A stretch of DNA of 64,000 nucleotides from an uncultured Alphaproteobacteria bacterium (GTDB lineage Bacteria; Pseudomonadota; Alphaproteobacteria; Rhizobiales; Beijerinckiaceae), in the NCBI GenBank assembly GCA_963813555.1, contig CAWEZX010000003.1, forward strand, positions 7,882-71,881, given 5' to 3'. Each line of letters starts with the position of its first letter. Within the stretch, counting starts at the first letter, position 1. Below are positions 41,307 to 52,151 of the stretch, one piece after another. Both the position numbers and the translations under genes were made by a program. The notes under the pieces were generated by a model. The model was not told the DNA's origin, searched no databases, and saw only the letters and a program-made list of their open reading frames with translations.

Positions 41307-42113
41307 GTGGAACTCGCGCAAATCAAAAATTACCCGGGACTCGTGATGCCGACTTTAGAGGATCACTTTGTGGCCGAACTCGCTCGTTCTGGGATTCTCG
41401 AGCGCCTGAAGCCATGGGGCCAGTTGTTTGTTCAAGTTCTGAAAATGCCTGAAGGCATGTTTTTGATGGCGCGCGCGATTGCCGAACGCGCCGAGGAAAA
41501 CTTTCCGTCAAGAGCCTATGGTCCCTATCTTGAGGCCCGAGGGTTCGCTCCATTTTTGGCAAGGGGACTTGGCAGCCTGACCATCAGCCTTGGGACCCGA
41601 CAGGCCAACGAGGCCAAGAGGCTGAGGCCTGTCGTTGAAGCAATTCGGTTTCTAGCCCGCGGCTCTCGGCAGAGGCGCGCTACCCTCTCGCGGGCCAGGT
41701 TGGTGCTCGCCGCCAGCCAGGAAACGTCGATTGTCGACGATTTGTTCTCGAAGGCGGGCTCTGACAGGTTCGAATTCTTAAGGCTGTTGCAAACTCTCGT
41801 GGATGGGGGGGCGGCAGAGCGCGAGCGCATTAAAGCGATTGCCGCGGCGATCGCGCCCTCGTTGCCGCAGGCCCGAGGGCGAAAGATCAGCGCCGCGTCG
41901 GCGGCGCACGAGCTGTTCCTTCAGTCGAATGCATACTTCGGATTTCCGGCCGGGTACACCTGGAGCGACATCGAAGGTGAATGTCGGGACCAGCGGACTA
42001 AAGCCACTAGGCTCGAATTTGACGACCCTGACTTTGACCCCAGGTCCGCCCGTCGGAGGATCAAGGTGCGACGGACAGCGAAGACCGGCTTATCTCGTTC
42101 TACGATCGGATAA
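41307..42113 (+). CDS. Hypothetical protein
   Basis: 268-aa ORF immediately after the repeat array; no recognised motif. Confidence 0.5.
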   Translation: MELAQIKNYPGLVMPTLEDHFVAELARSGILERLKPWGQLFVQVLKMPEGMFLMARAIAERAEENFPSRAYGPYLEARGFAPFLARGLGSLTISLGTRQANEAKRLRPVVEAIRFLARGSRQRRATLSRARLVLAASQETSIVDDLFSKAGSDRFEFLRLLQTLVDGGAAERERIKAIAAAIAPSLPQARGRKISAASAAHELFLQSNAYFGFPAGYTWSDIEGECRDQRTKATRLEFDDPDFDPRSARRRIKVRRTAKTGLSRSTIG

Positions 42114-42649
42114 ACGGCGGCCCGCTTCTTGGCTTCCAACAGCCGAAACGGCCCGAATTTATGCCTTATTAATTTCTCTCGGCGCCGCCCATGATGCTGA
42201 TCGATCGCGATCAGGGTGGCGCCGGTGCTGGATCTAGAATCCCCAATCTCCACGAACAATCAAGCGCGCCCGCCGGGCTCAGCTCAGGCTCCTCATCGAC
42301 CGAGGCGCTTGGGTCCGCTTCTGGCCTCATCCCTTCCCCTCGACTGGGGGCGGGTAGCGAGATAAATGGGGTGGTGTGCCGTTTCATGACGCGCCCACCT
42401 ACGCCATGCGCGAGTTGCATGGGTCAAGGGGAATCGTCGGCGGTTGTCACGGGTCGCAATGCTCGCGGAGGTCGGCGAGCGACGGTGGATCCTCGGGTCT
42501 GACAGGCTTGGGCAAGGCGTTGCTGGTTTGGGCGGCATCGCGGCCAGTGGTGATTCTGTTGGTTAGATGGGCGGGCATAAGTCCAGGATGTTGGCCGGGA
42601 TGGGCCAAAGATTTTTACGTTGCGTGGCCTGGCGCGCAGGCTGCGGGTC

Positions 42650-42835
42650 CGATTACCGCTCGGTGTGGGTGCCGACCCTCAAGCCCGGCGCTGTGGCGAT
42701 CGCCGACAATTGCCAGCCACAAAGGCAAGGCCATGCGCGCCGCATCCTACGCGCTGATGCCCGTCTGCTCCTGTTGTCGAAATACTCGTCCGACCTCAAC
42801 CCGATCGAGCAGGGCTTCGCCAAACTCAGGCCGCC
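42650..42835 (+). pseudogene. IS630-family transposase C-terminal fragment
   Basis: VPTLKPG...ADN...LLLLSKYSSDLNPIEQGFAKL. Confidence 0.75.
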
Positions 42836-42875
42836 ATGGCGGCCGGGCGAGAGCGGCAACGATGGAAGGTGAAGC

Positions 42876-45108
42876 TTAATTGCGTGATTCCCGCAGAAAA
42901 TCGAAGAAAGGCTCATTCTCATTCACGCCCGCTCGTTCCGGGTCCAGGTGAGGCAACAACTCGGCGTGCGGTACAAGACGGCCAACAAATTCCGCGCTGG
43001 CGATGACTTGCCCGATGTCGAGTCCGAACAATCGAACGTGGTCTTCCTGTCCATAGAAGAAAAACCTGTCGATCGCGGATGTCAGCAGCGGCTCCTCAAA
43101 GGTATGGGTTAGACGAGACGCGTAAGGGGTTTGGCACACGAAACGGCCGCCAGGCTTGAGGATGCGACGGACTTCGCGGAGTGCGGCCATCGGCGCTGAT
43201 ACATGCTCCAGTACGTGGTTACAAATGACGAAATCAAATGATTCTGCTGCAAAACTCGTAGCTTCTATATTGATTTTCTGTACTGAAGGGTCCGCCGGAA
43301 GGAGATCCCCTGGTATGTAGTTCGACGGTTCGCAGGCCAGAATCGCCTGCGCAAATCTTCGTTCAGGCGCTACGTGTAGCACGCTGGCACCGCGCAACGC
43401 GGGCCAAATTCCTAAACGGTCGAGGTAGAGATGCAGGTGCCGTTCCCGGTCGCTGCATCCGCAATTCGGACAGGCGAAACGCTGCACGTTGGATCCCACG
43501 GCACCCAGCCGCACCATGACCTGGGAGCGTCCTGAAGCACCTCCGCGATAGGGTTTCCAAACGTCAACATTTGTGCCGCAAAAGACACAAAATCGCACAT
43601 CCGAAAAAGGCGGTCCCGGCGGTGCCGTGATCTCATCACCCTCCGAATTGGGCGCCCTGGTTCTGTTGGTCCGGCCAATTTCTGCCGCTCCGCCGTCGGG
43701 GCCCAACGCGGTTACGCTCGTCTCCAAACCAGGTCCTTCGAGCTGATCAGACAGCGTCAGCGCGGGCGGCAAAGGTAATGGGCCGACGGCAGTGCCTCTG
43801 CCCAGTTGCGATCCTGGGATTCCCCGAGCCGATTGCAACCTTTTCTTGCGAGACGCGCGGATGCGGCGCGACAGATCGCGCGGAAAATGCCTGAACTTGT
43901 CGCCAAGATGCTTAAGTAGCCATCCGGTTCGTTGGCTGTCACGCTCATGCTTGCTGATCAGTGCTTTCAAATAGTCGTTTTCACTTTGCAGTTCAGCGGT
44001 ATTGGCGTGTAGTTCCTGGATCGTGCACTTCAATTGCTCCCTAGCGTTTAACGCTTCTGAAGCATCCGACCTGGCGCGCGCGGCGGCCGCTTCCCAAGCT
44101 TTAGCATCGGAACTAGCCCGCGTGGCGGTGGCTTCCCACGCTTTAGCATCGGAACTGCCCCGTGCGGCGGTGGCTTCCCAAGCTTTCGCCTGGTCTTCGT
44201 GCGCCTGATCCTTAGCGCGCGCAGCGGCAACAACCTGCGCCAGTAAATAATTGGAAAGTTGAAAGTCCGCGATCTCGTTCAGTTCATTGGTTACTGCTTC
44301 AATAGATACCGAGGTGTTGGCGACGAGTTCGGAACTCCACCAGTTTGCATGGTTGGATTTAACAGACCCGACAAGCTCTTGCTCCTTGCCGGAAACCAGT
44401 CCCATCAGGTGCGCCAGCAACTGGAACTGCCAATGCCATGCGATGATGCTGGGTCAGGCGGTTCCAGCTACCTGCTGCGTGCACACGATAGTGCGACATC
44501 TCGAGCGGGATGAAACCCAAATCGCCCTGTGTCGCCAGCATCATGAAAAGCGCCCAGTCCCCGGGTCTGACTTTCGCATACCACGGGTCAATATTCCTGA
44601 GGCAAGCGCGCCGCGCGAGCAGCGAACTTATGGAAAACTGATTGCCGTTCCGAAGCAGAAAATCTAGTGAAAAAAATTCAGGCGGCTCGACACCTGGAAG
44701 GACTGGTGGAAGGCCAGTTGATTTGCCATTGATCACTCTAGTCCGGTGGAAAACGCCAGCAACTTCTCGATTGCGATTGAGAAAATCAACTTGGCGCTGA
44801 AGCTTATTATTAGACGTCCAATAGTCGTCTCCTTCCAGGAAGGCGACATACTCGCCCTTACACTCAGAGAGCGCGTTAAGAAAATTGGCTTTTGATCCAA
44901 GATTCGCTGGGCGGTAAATAACTTTTATACGGTTCAGATTTTTACGTTCAAGCTCCCTTAGTATGGAGGCCGTCGTATCAGTGGAGCAATCTTCGCCAAT
45001 CACGATTTCGTATTCGAAACTGACATCCTGCTCGAGTACGCTTTTGACAGCCTCCTCAATGTACTTTTCGTGATTGTATGCGATCATGCAAACGCTAACT
45101 TGCACCAC
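42876..45108 (-). pseudogene. GT2 glycosyltransferase-coiled coil-class I SAM methyltransferase fusion with a +1 frameshift near 44425
   Basis: CMIAYN, EDCSTD, EGDDYW; then CVFCG..CPNC, LHVAPE, ICNHVLEHV; span 2233 bp = 744 codons + 1. Confidence 0.8.
44062..44190 (-). repeat. Three 42-bp in-frame tandem repeats (AKAWEATAARGSSD-type)
   Basis: Units 44089-44130 and 44131-44172 plus partial flanking copies. Confidence 0.9.
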
Positions 45109-45344
45109 GAGCCCTCTGGATTGGAGAATGCCGGGACGACGTACGGTCGGATTTACGTGTAATGATCATCTTGGGCCGTTCAAAGGACCCCGACAAGTCG
45201 AAGGCAGAAGCAGGCGAAATACACTGAACGTTCTGGCGGATGCGGATTTGAGGAAATTGGTCTATAGGGTCTGAGGCGCATTCTCCAGGTCTTGAGGGCT
45301 GCCGCCGGCGTCCGATGCCTACGCGTTCGCGCTAACGCTTTCTT

Positions 45345-46055
45345 GTGGGCAAACTGGTGATATCGGTGAGCTTTCCGAAGTCGGACTACAAGGAATATCC
45401 AAAGACTCTCGATCGTGACGACTTGTGGGGTCAGGTTCGTAGGACTGTCAACGGAAAGCCCGTGCCCCACGAGCAGATCGTAATGATCGTTCAAGTGATC
45501 CGCAACGAATTGCAACTATGCGCGGACGATATCGTGCTCGACCTCGCTTGCGGCAATGGTGCGCTGGCGAGCCACCTCATCGAGGATTGCGGCATGATCC
45601 ATGGCGTCGATTGGTCAGAATATCTGATCGAGGTCGCCAACAGCCGGTTCGCTCTCCCGCACAAGACGACGTTCCTTGTCGACGACGCCGCGCACTACGT
45701 TGAGAACGAGCCGGATCCAAGCCGCTTTACGAAGGTACTCTGTTATGGAAGCTTCAGCTTTTTCTCGAAAGAAGACGCTGTCAGGGTTCTAACCGGACTT
45801 GCGCGACGATTCGTCAACGTGAAGCAAGTCTTTATCGGCAACTTGCCAGATGCAGCGCGCGCAGATCGTTTCTATCCAACGGGAAAAGACTACTGCGAAG
45901 AACTGCGGGATCATACGGGAGCGATCGGCGTGTGGAGGTCGGAGTCCGAGCTGCGTGATTTGGCGTCGATGACGGGGTGGAAACTCGAAATCACGATGAT
46001 GCCAATGGATTTCTACGCGGCGCACTATCGGTTCGACGCGGTTCTGACCCGGTAA
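45345..46055 (+). CDS. Class I SAM-dependent methyltransferase
   Basis: VLDLACGNG, GVDWS. Confidence 0.85.
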   Translation: MGKLVISVSFPKSDYKEYPKTLDRDDLWGQVRRTVNGKPVPHEQIVMIVQVIRNELQLCADDIVLDLACGNGALASHLIEDCGMIHGVDWSEYLIEVANSRFALPHKTTFLVDDAAHYVENEPDPSRFTKVLCYGSFSFFSKEDAVRVLTGLARRFVNVKQVFIGNLPDAARADRFYPTGKDYCEELRDHTGAIGVWRSESELRDLASMTGWKLEITMMPMDFYAAHYRFDAVLTR

Positions 46056-46072
46056 ACTCCTCCGACGGACCA

Positions 46073-47266
46073 ATGCGAAAGCAAGCTGTTGACCATCTCG
46101 CCATTTTCGGCGGTCCCAGATTGTTCGAGACTAACATCTCGACATCCAATCTGGTGCGGCCTGACATCGAGGTGTTCCTCGAATATTCGCGAAAGTTCTA
46201 CAAAGAGAGGCAATATACGAACAACGGCCCAATGGTGAAGCTCCTCGAAACTCGGCTCGCCGAATTCCACCAAGCCAAGCATTGCCTGGCCTTTGCTAAC
46301 GGCTTCTGGGCGATCGTCCTGACGATCAAGGCGCTTGCTATTCCAGAGCGTACTGAGATCGTAATGCCGTCGCTAACGTATCGGCGGCTCGCTGACATCG
46401 CCGCCTGGACTCGCCTCAAGCCGCGCTTTTGCGAAGTCGATCCGGGGACGCTCGCGGTCACCGCCGAGACGGTCGCGCCCTGCCTCAACGATGAAACCGC
46501 GCTCATATTGGCCGCTCATCCGATCGTCAACTGCTGTGACGTCAAGGGAATCGCAGATCTCGGTCGCGACTCCAGTATGCCGATCGTGTTCGATTCCGTC
46601 GAGTCTGTCTACGAAACGGTTCCAAGCGGCAAGATCGGCTCGTTCGGCGACGCAGAGTGCTTTTCCTTGCACGCGAGTAAGCTCATCAACGGTTTTGAAG
46701 GCGGATACGTCACGTTCAACGACGACGTGCTGGCGCGCCGGTTGCACGTCATGCGCGGTTTTGGCTTCTTCGGTCAGGACAACGTCACCGAATTCGGGCT
46801 CAACGCCAAACTCAACGAGACACATGCCTGCATGGCTCTCGCGTGTCTCGACGATCTCGAGGACCAAATCGGCCGCAATCGCAAACGGTACTATCGGTAT
46901 CGCGAGCTTCTGCGTTCATCGTCCGCACTGCGCCTTCTTGAGTTCGACGAAACCCAGAAGACAAGCTACAAGAACGTCGTCGTTGAGCTAACCGACGCCT
47001 GGCCTTTGGCCCGCGCCCAGACGCTCGACGTCCTGCACGCTGAGGGCGCGCTCGCCCGCCCCTATTATGCGCCGCCGCTGCACAGGAAGAGCATGAGCTA
47101 TCCGCATGTCGCGGCCGAGTTGCCGCTGACGGACCGACTCGCGGAGGCTTTCATGCTGCTTCCCTGCGGCCATTTTGTCTCCGAGCCCGACATCGACGCC
47201 CTCTGCGGGCTGCTGGCCTTCATCGAACGAAACGCGGGCGCGATCCGCGATCGGCGGCGGGCATGA
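46073..47266 (+). CDS. DegT/DnrJ/EryC1/StrS PLP enzyme
   Basis: FSLHASKLINGFEGG with Lys; Asp motif atypical (FDSVES). Confidence 0.88.
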   Translation: MRKQAVDHLAIFGGPRLFETNISTSNLVRPDIEVFLEYSRKFYKERQYTNNGPMVKLLETRLAEFHQAKHCLAFANGFWAIVLTIKALAIPERTEIVMPSLTYRRLADIAAWTRLKPRFCEVDPGTLAVTAETVAPCLNDETALILAAHPIVNCCDVKGIADLGRDSSMPIVFDSVESVYETVPSGKIGSFGDAECFSLHASKLINGFEGGYVTFNDDVLARRLHVMRGFGFFGQDNVTEFGLNAKLNETHACMALACLDDLEDQIGRNRKRYYRYRELLRSSSALRLLEFDETQKTSYKNVVVELTDAWPLARAQTLDVLHAEGALARPYYAPPLHRKSMSYPHVAAELPLTDRLAEAFMLLPCGHFVSEPDIDALCGLLAFIERNAGAIRDRRRA

Positions 47267-48450
47267 GCGCAGCGCGTTCCCTGGACCTGGCAATTCTCGG
47301 CGGTCCCGCGGCGTTCGAGAAACCGCTCCCGGTCGGGCAGCTCTATTTTGCCGCCTGGGAGGCGTACGAGGCCAAGTTCCAGGATATTTTCGCGCGCCAG
47401 TACTACACCAACCAGGGTCCTCTGGCGCAGGAGTTCGAGCGGCGCCTCGAAGCGTTCTTCGACGTCAGGCACGCAATCTGCGTCACCAACGCGACGATCG
47501 GGCTCATCATGGCCTCCGAAGCCCTGGGCCTTAGGGGCAAGGTCGTCACGCCGTCATTCACCTTCATCGCGACGGCGCAGGCACTTGAATGGGCGAACTT
47601 GCGTCCGGTCTTCTGTGACGTCGACCCGGTCACTCACCATGTCACGCCGGCGACGATCGAAGGTCATCTGGACAGCGACGTGACCGCGATCCTGGCCGTC
47701 AACCTCTGGGGCGGAAGCTGCCATCAATTGCAGCTTCAGGCGCTCGCCGACGAACGCAAGCTGCAATTGTTCTATGACTCCGCGCATGCGTTCGGCTGCC
47801 GCGTGAACGACGTTCCAATCGGGCGGTTCGGCGCGGTCGAGGTCTTTTCCTTTCACGCGACCAAAGTCCTCAGTTCCGCCGAAGGCGGCTGCTTGACCAC
47901 CAACGACGGCGAACTGGCCAAGCGATTGCGCAACATCCGCAGCAGTTACGGCGCAGGTCCGCCGGTTTCTGTCGTCAAGACAAGCAACGGCCGCATGTCC
48001 GAGGCACAGGCCGCCATCGGCCTCATGAGCCTCGACAATTTTCCCGGCATCGTGGCGCGCAACGTGGAGCTGTTCGGGTTGTACCGCGACGGTCTGAAGG
48101 ACATCGACGGCCTCCGCCTCGTCGAACCGGTCAACGTCAGCCGGTCGAACTTTCAGTATGTCGTCGCCGAAGTGGACGAGGCCGAATTCGGCTTGTCGCG
48201 CGATCTGCTTCGCAAGGCCTTGAGAGCGGAGAACGTCGTTGCGCGGCGATATTTCTTTCCTGGCGCCCATCGCAGCATTCCGTGGGTTGAGAGAAGTCCA
48301 GCGGTTGAGTTACCGAACACGGATCGTCTGTGCGATACGCTTGTCCAGTTTCCAATCGGCGCGCTCGTATCGGCGGACGACGTCGCAATCCTGTGCGATC
48401 TGCTAGGGGCGATTCGCGAACGTGCAGCAGACATCAGAAAGGCTGCCTGA
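47263..48450 (+). CDS. DegT/DnrJ/EryC1/StrS PLP enzyme
   Basis: YDSAHAFG, FSFHATKVLSSAEGG; ATGA overlap. Confidence 0.9.
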   Translation: MSAARSLDLAILGGPAAFEKPLPVGQLYFAAWEAYEAKFQDIFARQYYTNQGPLAQEFERRLEAFFDVRHAICVTNATIGLIMASEALGLRGKVVTPSFTFIATAQALEWANLRPVFCDVDPVTHHVTPATIEGHLDSDVTAILAVNLWGGSCHQLQLQALADERKLQLFYDSAHAFGCRVNDVPIGRFGAVEVFSFHATKVLSSAEGGCLTTNDGELAKRLRNIRSSYGAGPPVSVVKTSNGRMSEAQAAIGLMSLDNFPGIVARNVELFGLYRDGLKDIDGLRLVEPVNVSRSNFQYVVAEVDEAEFGLSRDLLRKALRAENVVARRYFFPGAHRSIPWVERSPAVELPNTDRLCDTLVQFPIGALVSADDVAILCDLLGAIRERAADIRKAA

Positions 48451-48456
48451 TCCGAA

Positions 48457-49218
48457 ATGCGCCTGGCGATCATGCAGCCCTATTTCTTCCCCTATCTGGG
48501 GCATTTCGCTTTGATCGCCAACGTCGACGCGTGGATCGTGTTCGACATAACGCAGTACACGCCGAAGACCTGGATCAACCGCAATCGGGTACTGCATCCG
48601 TCGTCGGGCGCGAACTGGGTGAGCCTTCCGCTCAGGAACTCGAGCATATCAATAAAGATCCACGAAGCGCGCATTTTCGACGTCGCGACTGCCGCGAGGT
48701 CGACCCTGGGCAAGTTAAGCCACTATCGAAGGAAAGCACCGCATGCGCACGAGGTCGAAGAAATCGTGAGGGCGACATTCGCCGCCGTGGGTGACGACGA
48801 CTCGCTCGTGGCTCTTAACGTCGCGGGACTCGACGCAGTCTGCGCCTATCTCGGCGTTCCTTTCCGTTGGACAATATGCTCGCAAATGAACCTGCGCTTG
48901 CCCGATCGTTTGCGACCGGGAGAGTGGGCACCGGAAATCGCAAGTCGGGTCGGCGCCACGACCTACCTGAATCCACTAGGAGGACGTGCATTGTTCCGCG
49001 TCGAGGATTTCGAAAAGCGCGGCGTTGCCCTAGAGTTCCTGAAGGTAAAGGATTTCATTTACCCGACCGGCTCGTTCCCGTTCATGCCGAACCTGTCGAT
49101 TCTGGACGTGTTGATGTGGAATAGCCCCGAGGTCGTGCGGAGAGTATTGCAAACGGGTTCTAGCATCATCGCCGGCGCCTCTGCAGAGGAATTTGTTGAG
49201 AGTCGCTCCCCTTGCTGA
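48457..49218 (+). CDS. WbqC-family protein
   Basis: MQPYFFPYLG.F, WINRNR, YLNPLGG, LSILDVLMW. Confidence 0.9.
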   Translation: MRLAIMQPYFFPYLGHFALIANVDAWIVFDITQYTPKTWINRNRVLHPSSGANWVSLPLRNSSISIKIHEARIFDVATAARSTLGKLSHYRRKAPHAHEVEEIVRATFAAVGDDDSLVALNVAGLDAVCAYLGVPFRWTICSQMNLRLPDRLRPGEWAPEIASRVGATTYLNPLGGRALFRVEDFEKRGVALEFLKVKDFIYPTGSFPFMPNLSILDVLMWNSPEVVRRVLQTGSSIIAGASAEEFVESRSPC

Positions 49219-49302
49219 TTACAGCCGTGCGCATTGGTTCTTAGCCTGCTGCCTACCGCCAGGCCAGCGCGTGTTTTCCGGTAAACCGGGGAGATTTGCA
49301 GA

Positions 49303-49977
49303 ATGGTCGAAAGAGAGACGAAGATCTTCGGAATCGGCTTTAACAAGACCGGCACAACGACGCTTGAAAGCGTCTTTAGAACGTACGGGCTGAAGGTTCC
49401 GAATCAGCAGGAGCAGGAATTACAAATAACAAAGCCCACTTTTGAAGGAGAATATGGTCCACTGACGCGGTTTGTTCGCAGTTTTGACGCTTTTCAGGAT
49501 ATGCCATTCTCGCAGGGAGAGACCTATAAAATTGTGGATTCGCTTTTTCCGCGCAGCAAATTTATATTGACTGAAAGAAATCCGACTGAATGGTTTCAGT
49601 CGCTTTGCAGATTTCACGAGCGTGTCTTCGGTGTTCACGAGATCCGTCAACTGACTCCAAATATTATCAGTAATTTTGATTATATTTACAGAGGTTACTC
49701 TTACGAGAATATAAGCCGATTTCTAACGTGTAGCGACCGCGAAAAACGAGTGGTCCGCTGGGACTTACTTTACAATGAAAGCTATTACACAGAAAAATAC
49801 TTGCGCAGAAACAAAGATATCAAGGGGTATTTCCGTCATCGACCGGAAGACCTGTTGGTGATTGACCTGACGAAAGAACAGAACACAAATTCAATCAGTC
49901 ATTTCTTGGGCCTCGGCGCGCGCGACACTGTTCGGATGCCCCATGAGAATCGTTCGCTGGCAATTCCGCCGACATGA
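49303..49977 (+). CDS. Sulfotransferase-family P-loop protein
   Basis: FGIGFNKTGTTTL, DMP, KFILTER..EWFQS; AT-rich. Confidence 0.8.
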   Translation: MVERETKIFGIGFNKTGTTTLESVFRTYGLKVPNQQEQELQITKPTFEGEYGPLTRFVRSFDAFQDMPFSQGETYKIVDSLFPRSKFILTERNPTEWFQSLCRFHERVFGVHEIRQLTPNIISNFDYIYRGYSYENISRFLTCSDREKRVVRWDLLYNESYYTEKYLRRNKDIKGYFRHRPEDLLVIDLTKEQNTNSISHFLGLGARDTVRMPHENRSLAIPPT

Positions 49978-50094
49978 TCGTCTCATTGAACGAACCTGCT
50001 CCTTCGGCGCAGGAGGAAAGCGGCTGAGGTGAAGCCTCCCGTCTGAGAGGATGTGATCGTCACATCCACCCTCTCTCATGACAGGAGGCCCCCG

Positions 50095-50955
50095 ATGGCC
50101 ACGACGAGCCCTCTTCGCCAGCGCATGATCGAAGACATGATGATCCGCAACCTTTCGCGGGCGACGCAGCAATCATACATCTACGCGGTCGCGAGGTTCA
50201 GCCGCCATTTTAACTCATCCCCAGATCGTCTCGGCATGGAGGAGGTCCGCACCTACCAACTGCATCTCGTCGCAAAGAACCATTCGTGGTCGCACATCAA
50301 CCAAGTCGCATGCGCCTTGCGGTTCTTCTATGGCGTTACCCTGGGACAGAAGGAGGCCTTCGAACGGATCGTTTTCGGCAGAGAGCCTGAGAAGCTTCCG
50401 GCGGTCCTGAATGCCGAGGAAGTCGTACGCTTTCTCGAAGCGGTTGAGGGATTGCGCAATCGTATCGCGCTGACCACTGCTTATGCTGCAGGGTTGCGAG
50501 TCAGGGAAGTCACGCGTCTGAGGATCGCCTCTATCGACAGCGCGCGGATGTTGATCCACATCGAGATGGGCAAAGGCGGCAAGGAACGATACGCCATGTT
50601 GTCGCCGCGCCTCCTCTACATTCTCCGCACCTATTGGCGGCGAGCGCGACCAAGTGTCTGGCTGTTCCAAGGCCAGGAACCCGGCAATCACGTGAGCACG
50701 GGCGCCTTGCAGGACGCTTGCCGCAGGGCGCGAAAGCAAGCCAGGATCGACAAGCCCGTCACCGCGCATACGTTGCGGCACAGTTTCGCCACCCATCTCC
50801 TGGAGGCTGGCGTCGACATTCGCATCATTCAGGCGTTGCTCGGCCATGCCGACCTGTCTTCGACGACGCGCTATGCACATGTCGCCACGAACCTGATCGC
50901 CAGCACGCCGTGCCCCTTCGATCAACTCTCATGCCGGTTGATGCCGCCTGAATAG
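50095..50955 (+). CDS. Tyrosine recombinase with N-terminal SAM-like domain
   Basis: LRQRMIEDM..RNLS..TQ.SY, GLRVRE, HTLRHSFATHLLE, LGH..TT.Y. Confidence 0.93.
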   Translation: MATTSPLRQRMIEDMMIRNLSRATQQSYIYAVARFSRHFNSSPDRLGMEEVRTYQLHLVAKNHSWSHINQVACALRFFYGVTLGQKEAFERIVFGREPEKLPAVLNAEEVVRFLEAVEGLRNRIALTTAYAAGLRVREVTRLRIASIDSARMLIHIEMGKGGKERYAMLSPRLLYILRTYWRRARPSVWLFQGQEPGNHVSTGALQDACRRARKQARIDKPVTAHTLRHSFATHLLEAGVDIRIIQALLGHADLSSTTRYAHVATNLIASTPCPFDQLSCRLMPPE

Positions 50956-50960
50956 CGCGC

Positions 50961-52151
50961 ATGCGTTCGAAGCTGGAGGTGGCGGACATTTTCCGCCGCC
51001 ACGGCGACACGTTTCGCGCTGCGCAGGGCAACCGGCTCTCCCTCGATCAACGCAAGGTCATGGCCGCGATCGAGGCATGCCGAACGTCGGCGCTCGGCGG
51101 TCATGTCGAGCGGTGCGAGGATTGCGGCGAGATCCGCGTCGCCTACAATTCCTGCCGCGATAGGCATTGCCCGAAGTGCCAGGGTCTGGCGCGCCTCCAA
51201 TGGCTTGCAGATCGCCGCACCGAACTGCTGCCCGTCGCCTATTTCCATGTCGTCTTCACCGTGCCGTCGCCAATCGCGGCGATCGCTCTCCAGAACAAGG
51301 CGCTCGTCTACGACATCCTGTTCAAGGCGGCCGCCCAGACGATCCGCGTCATCGCTGCCGACCCAAAACATCTCGGCGCCGAGACCGGCATGATCGTGAT
51401 CCTGCACACATGGGGGCAGACCCTCGCCCATCATCCCCATGTTCACTGCATCGTGCCGGGCGGCGGCCTCGGACCGGACGGGCGCTGGGTCGCATGCAAG
51501 CCGAACTTCTTTCTCCCCGTTCATGTTCTCTCGCGCTGCTATCGTCGCCTGTTTCTCGAACGTTTGCGAACGGCGTTCGCCGCCGGCGGCCTGACGTTTC
51601 ACGGCGAACTCGCACGACTGCACGACCCCGCCGAGTTCGCGCAAGATCTCAAACCGCTGACGAATATCCCCTGGGTCGTCTTCGCCAAACGTCCTTTCGC
51701 CGGCCCCTCACAGATCCTCGATTATCTCGGTCGCTACACGCATCGCGTCGCCATCGCCAACGGCCGTCTTCTCGATTGCCAGAATGGCCGCGTCAGCTTT
51801 CGGTGGAAGGATTATCGCGCCCAAAACAAGTCCAAGGCGATGACGTTGGACGCCAACGAGTTCATGCGCCGCTTTCTCACGCACGTCTTGCCCAAGGGCT
51901 TCCGCCGCATTCGCCACTTCGGCTTCCTCGCCAACGCTTGCTGCGTCCAAAAGCTCGCTCGCGTCCGCGCCGCGCTCGACGTTCCCAATCCCGAGCCACG
52001 CGTCAAACCCAAAGACTACCGCGAGCGTTGCGCGCTGCTCACCGGCAAGCGCCCCGACATTTGCCCTTGTTGCGGCGGCCGCATGGTCGACGCGAACTCA
52101 CGGCCGCCCCGTTCGCCCCCACGTCCAAAGCCACGATGTGACAGCTCATGA
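50961..52151 (+). CDS. IS91-like Y2 HUH transposase
   Basis: SCRDRHCPKC, HPHVH, YLGRY, RRIRHFG. Confidence 0.93.
   Translation: MRSKLEVADIFRRHGDTFRAAQGNRLSLDQRKVMAAIEACRTSALGGHVERCEDCGEIRVAYNSCRDRHCPKCQGLARLQWLADRRTELLPVAYFHVVFTVPSPIAAIALQNKALVYDILFKAAAQTIRVIAADPKHLGAETGMIVILHTWGQTLAHHPHVHCIVPGGGLGPDGRWVACKPNFFLPVHVLSRCYRRLFLERLRTAFAAGGLTFHGELARLHDPAEFAQDLKPLTNIPWVVFAKRPFAGPSQILDYLGRYTHRVAIANGRLLDCQNGRVSFRWKDYRAQNKSKAMTLDANEFMRRFLTHVLPKGFRRIRHFGFLANACCVQKLARVRAALDVPNPEPRVKPKDYRERCALLTGKRPDICPCCGGRMVDANSRPPRSPPRPKPRCDSS

Noticed and set aside
44062-44190. CRISPR-like repeats
   Set aside because: Contiguous in-frame coding repeats without spacers; no cas genes in the window
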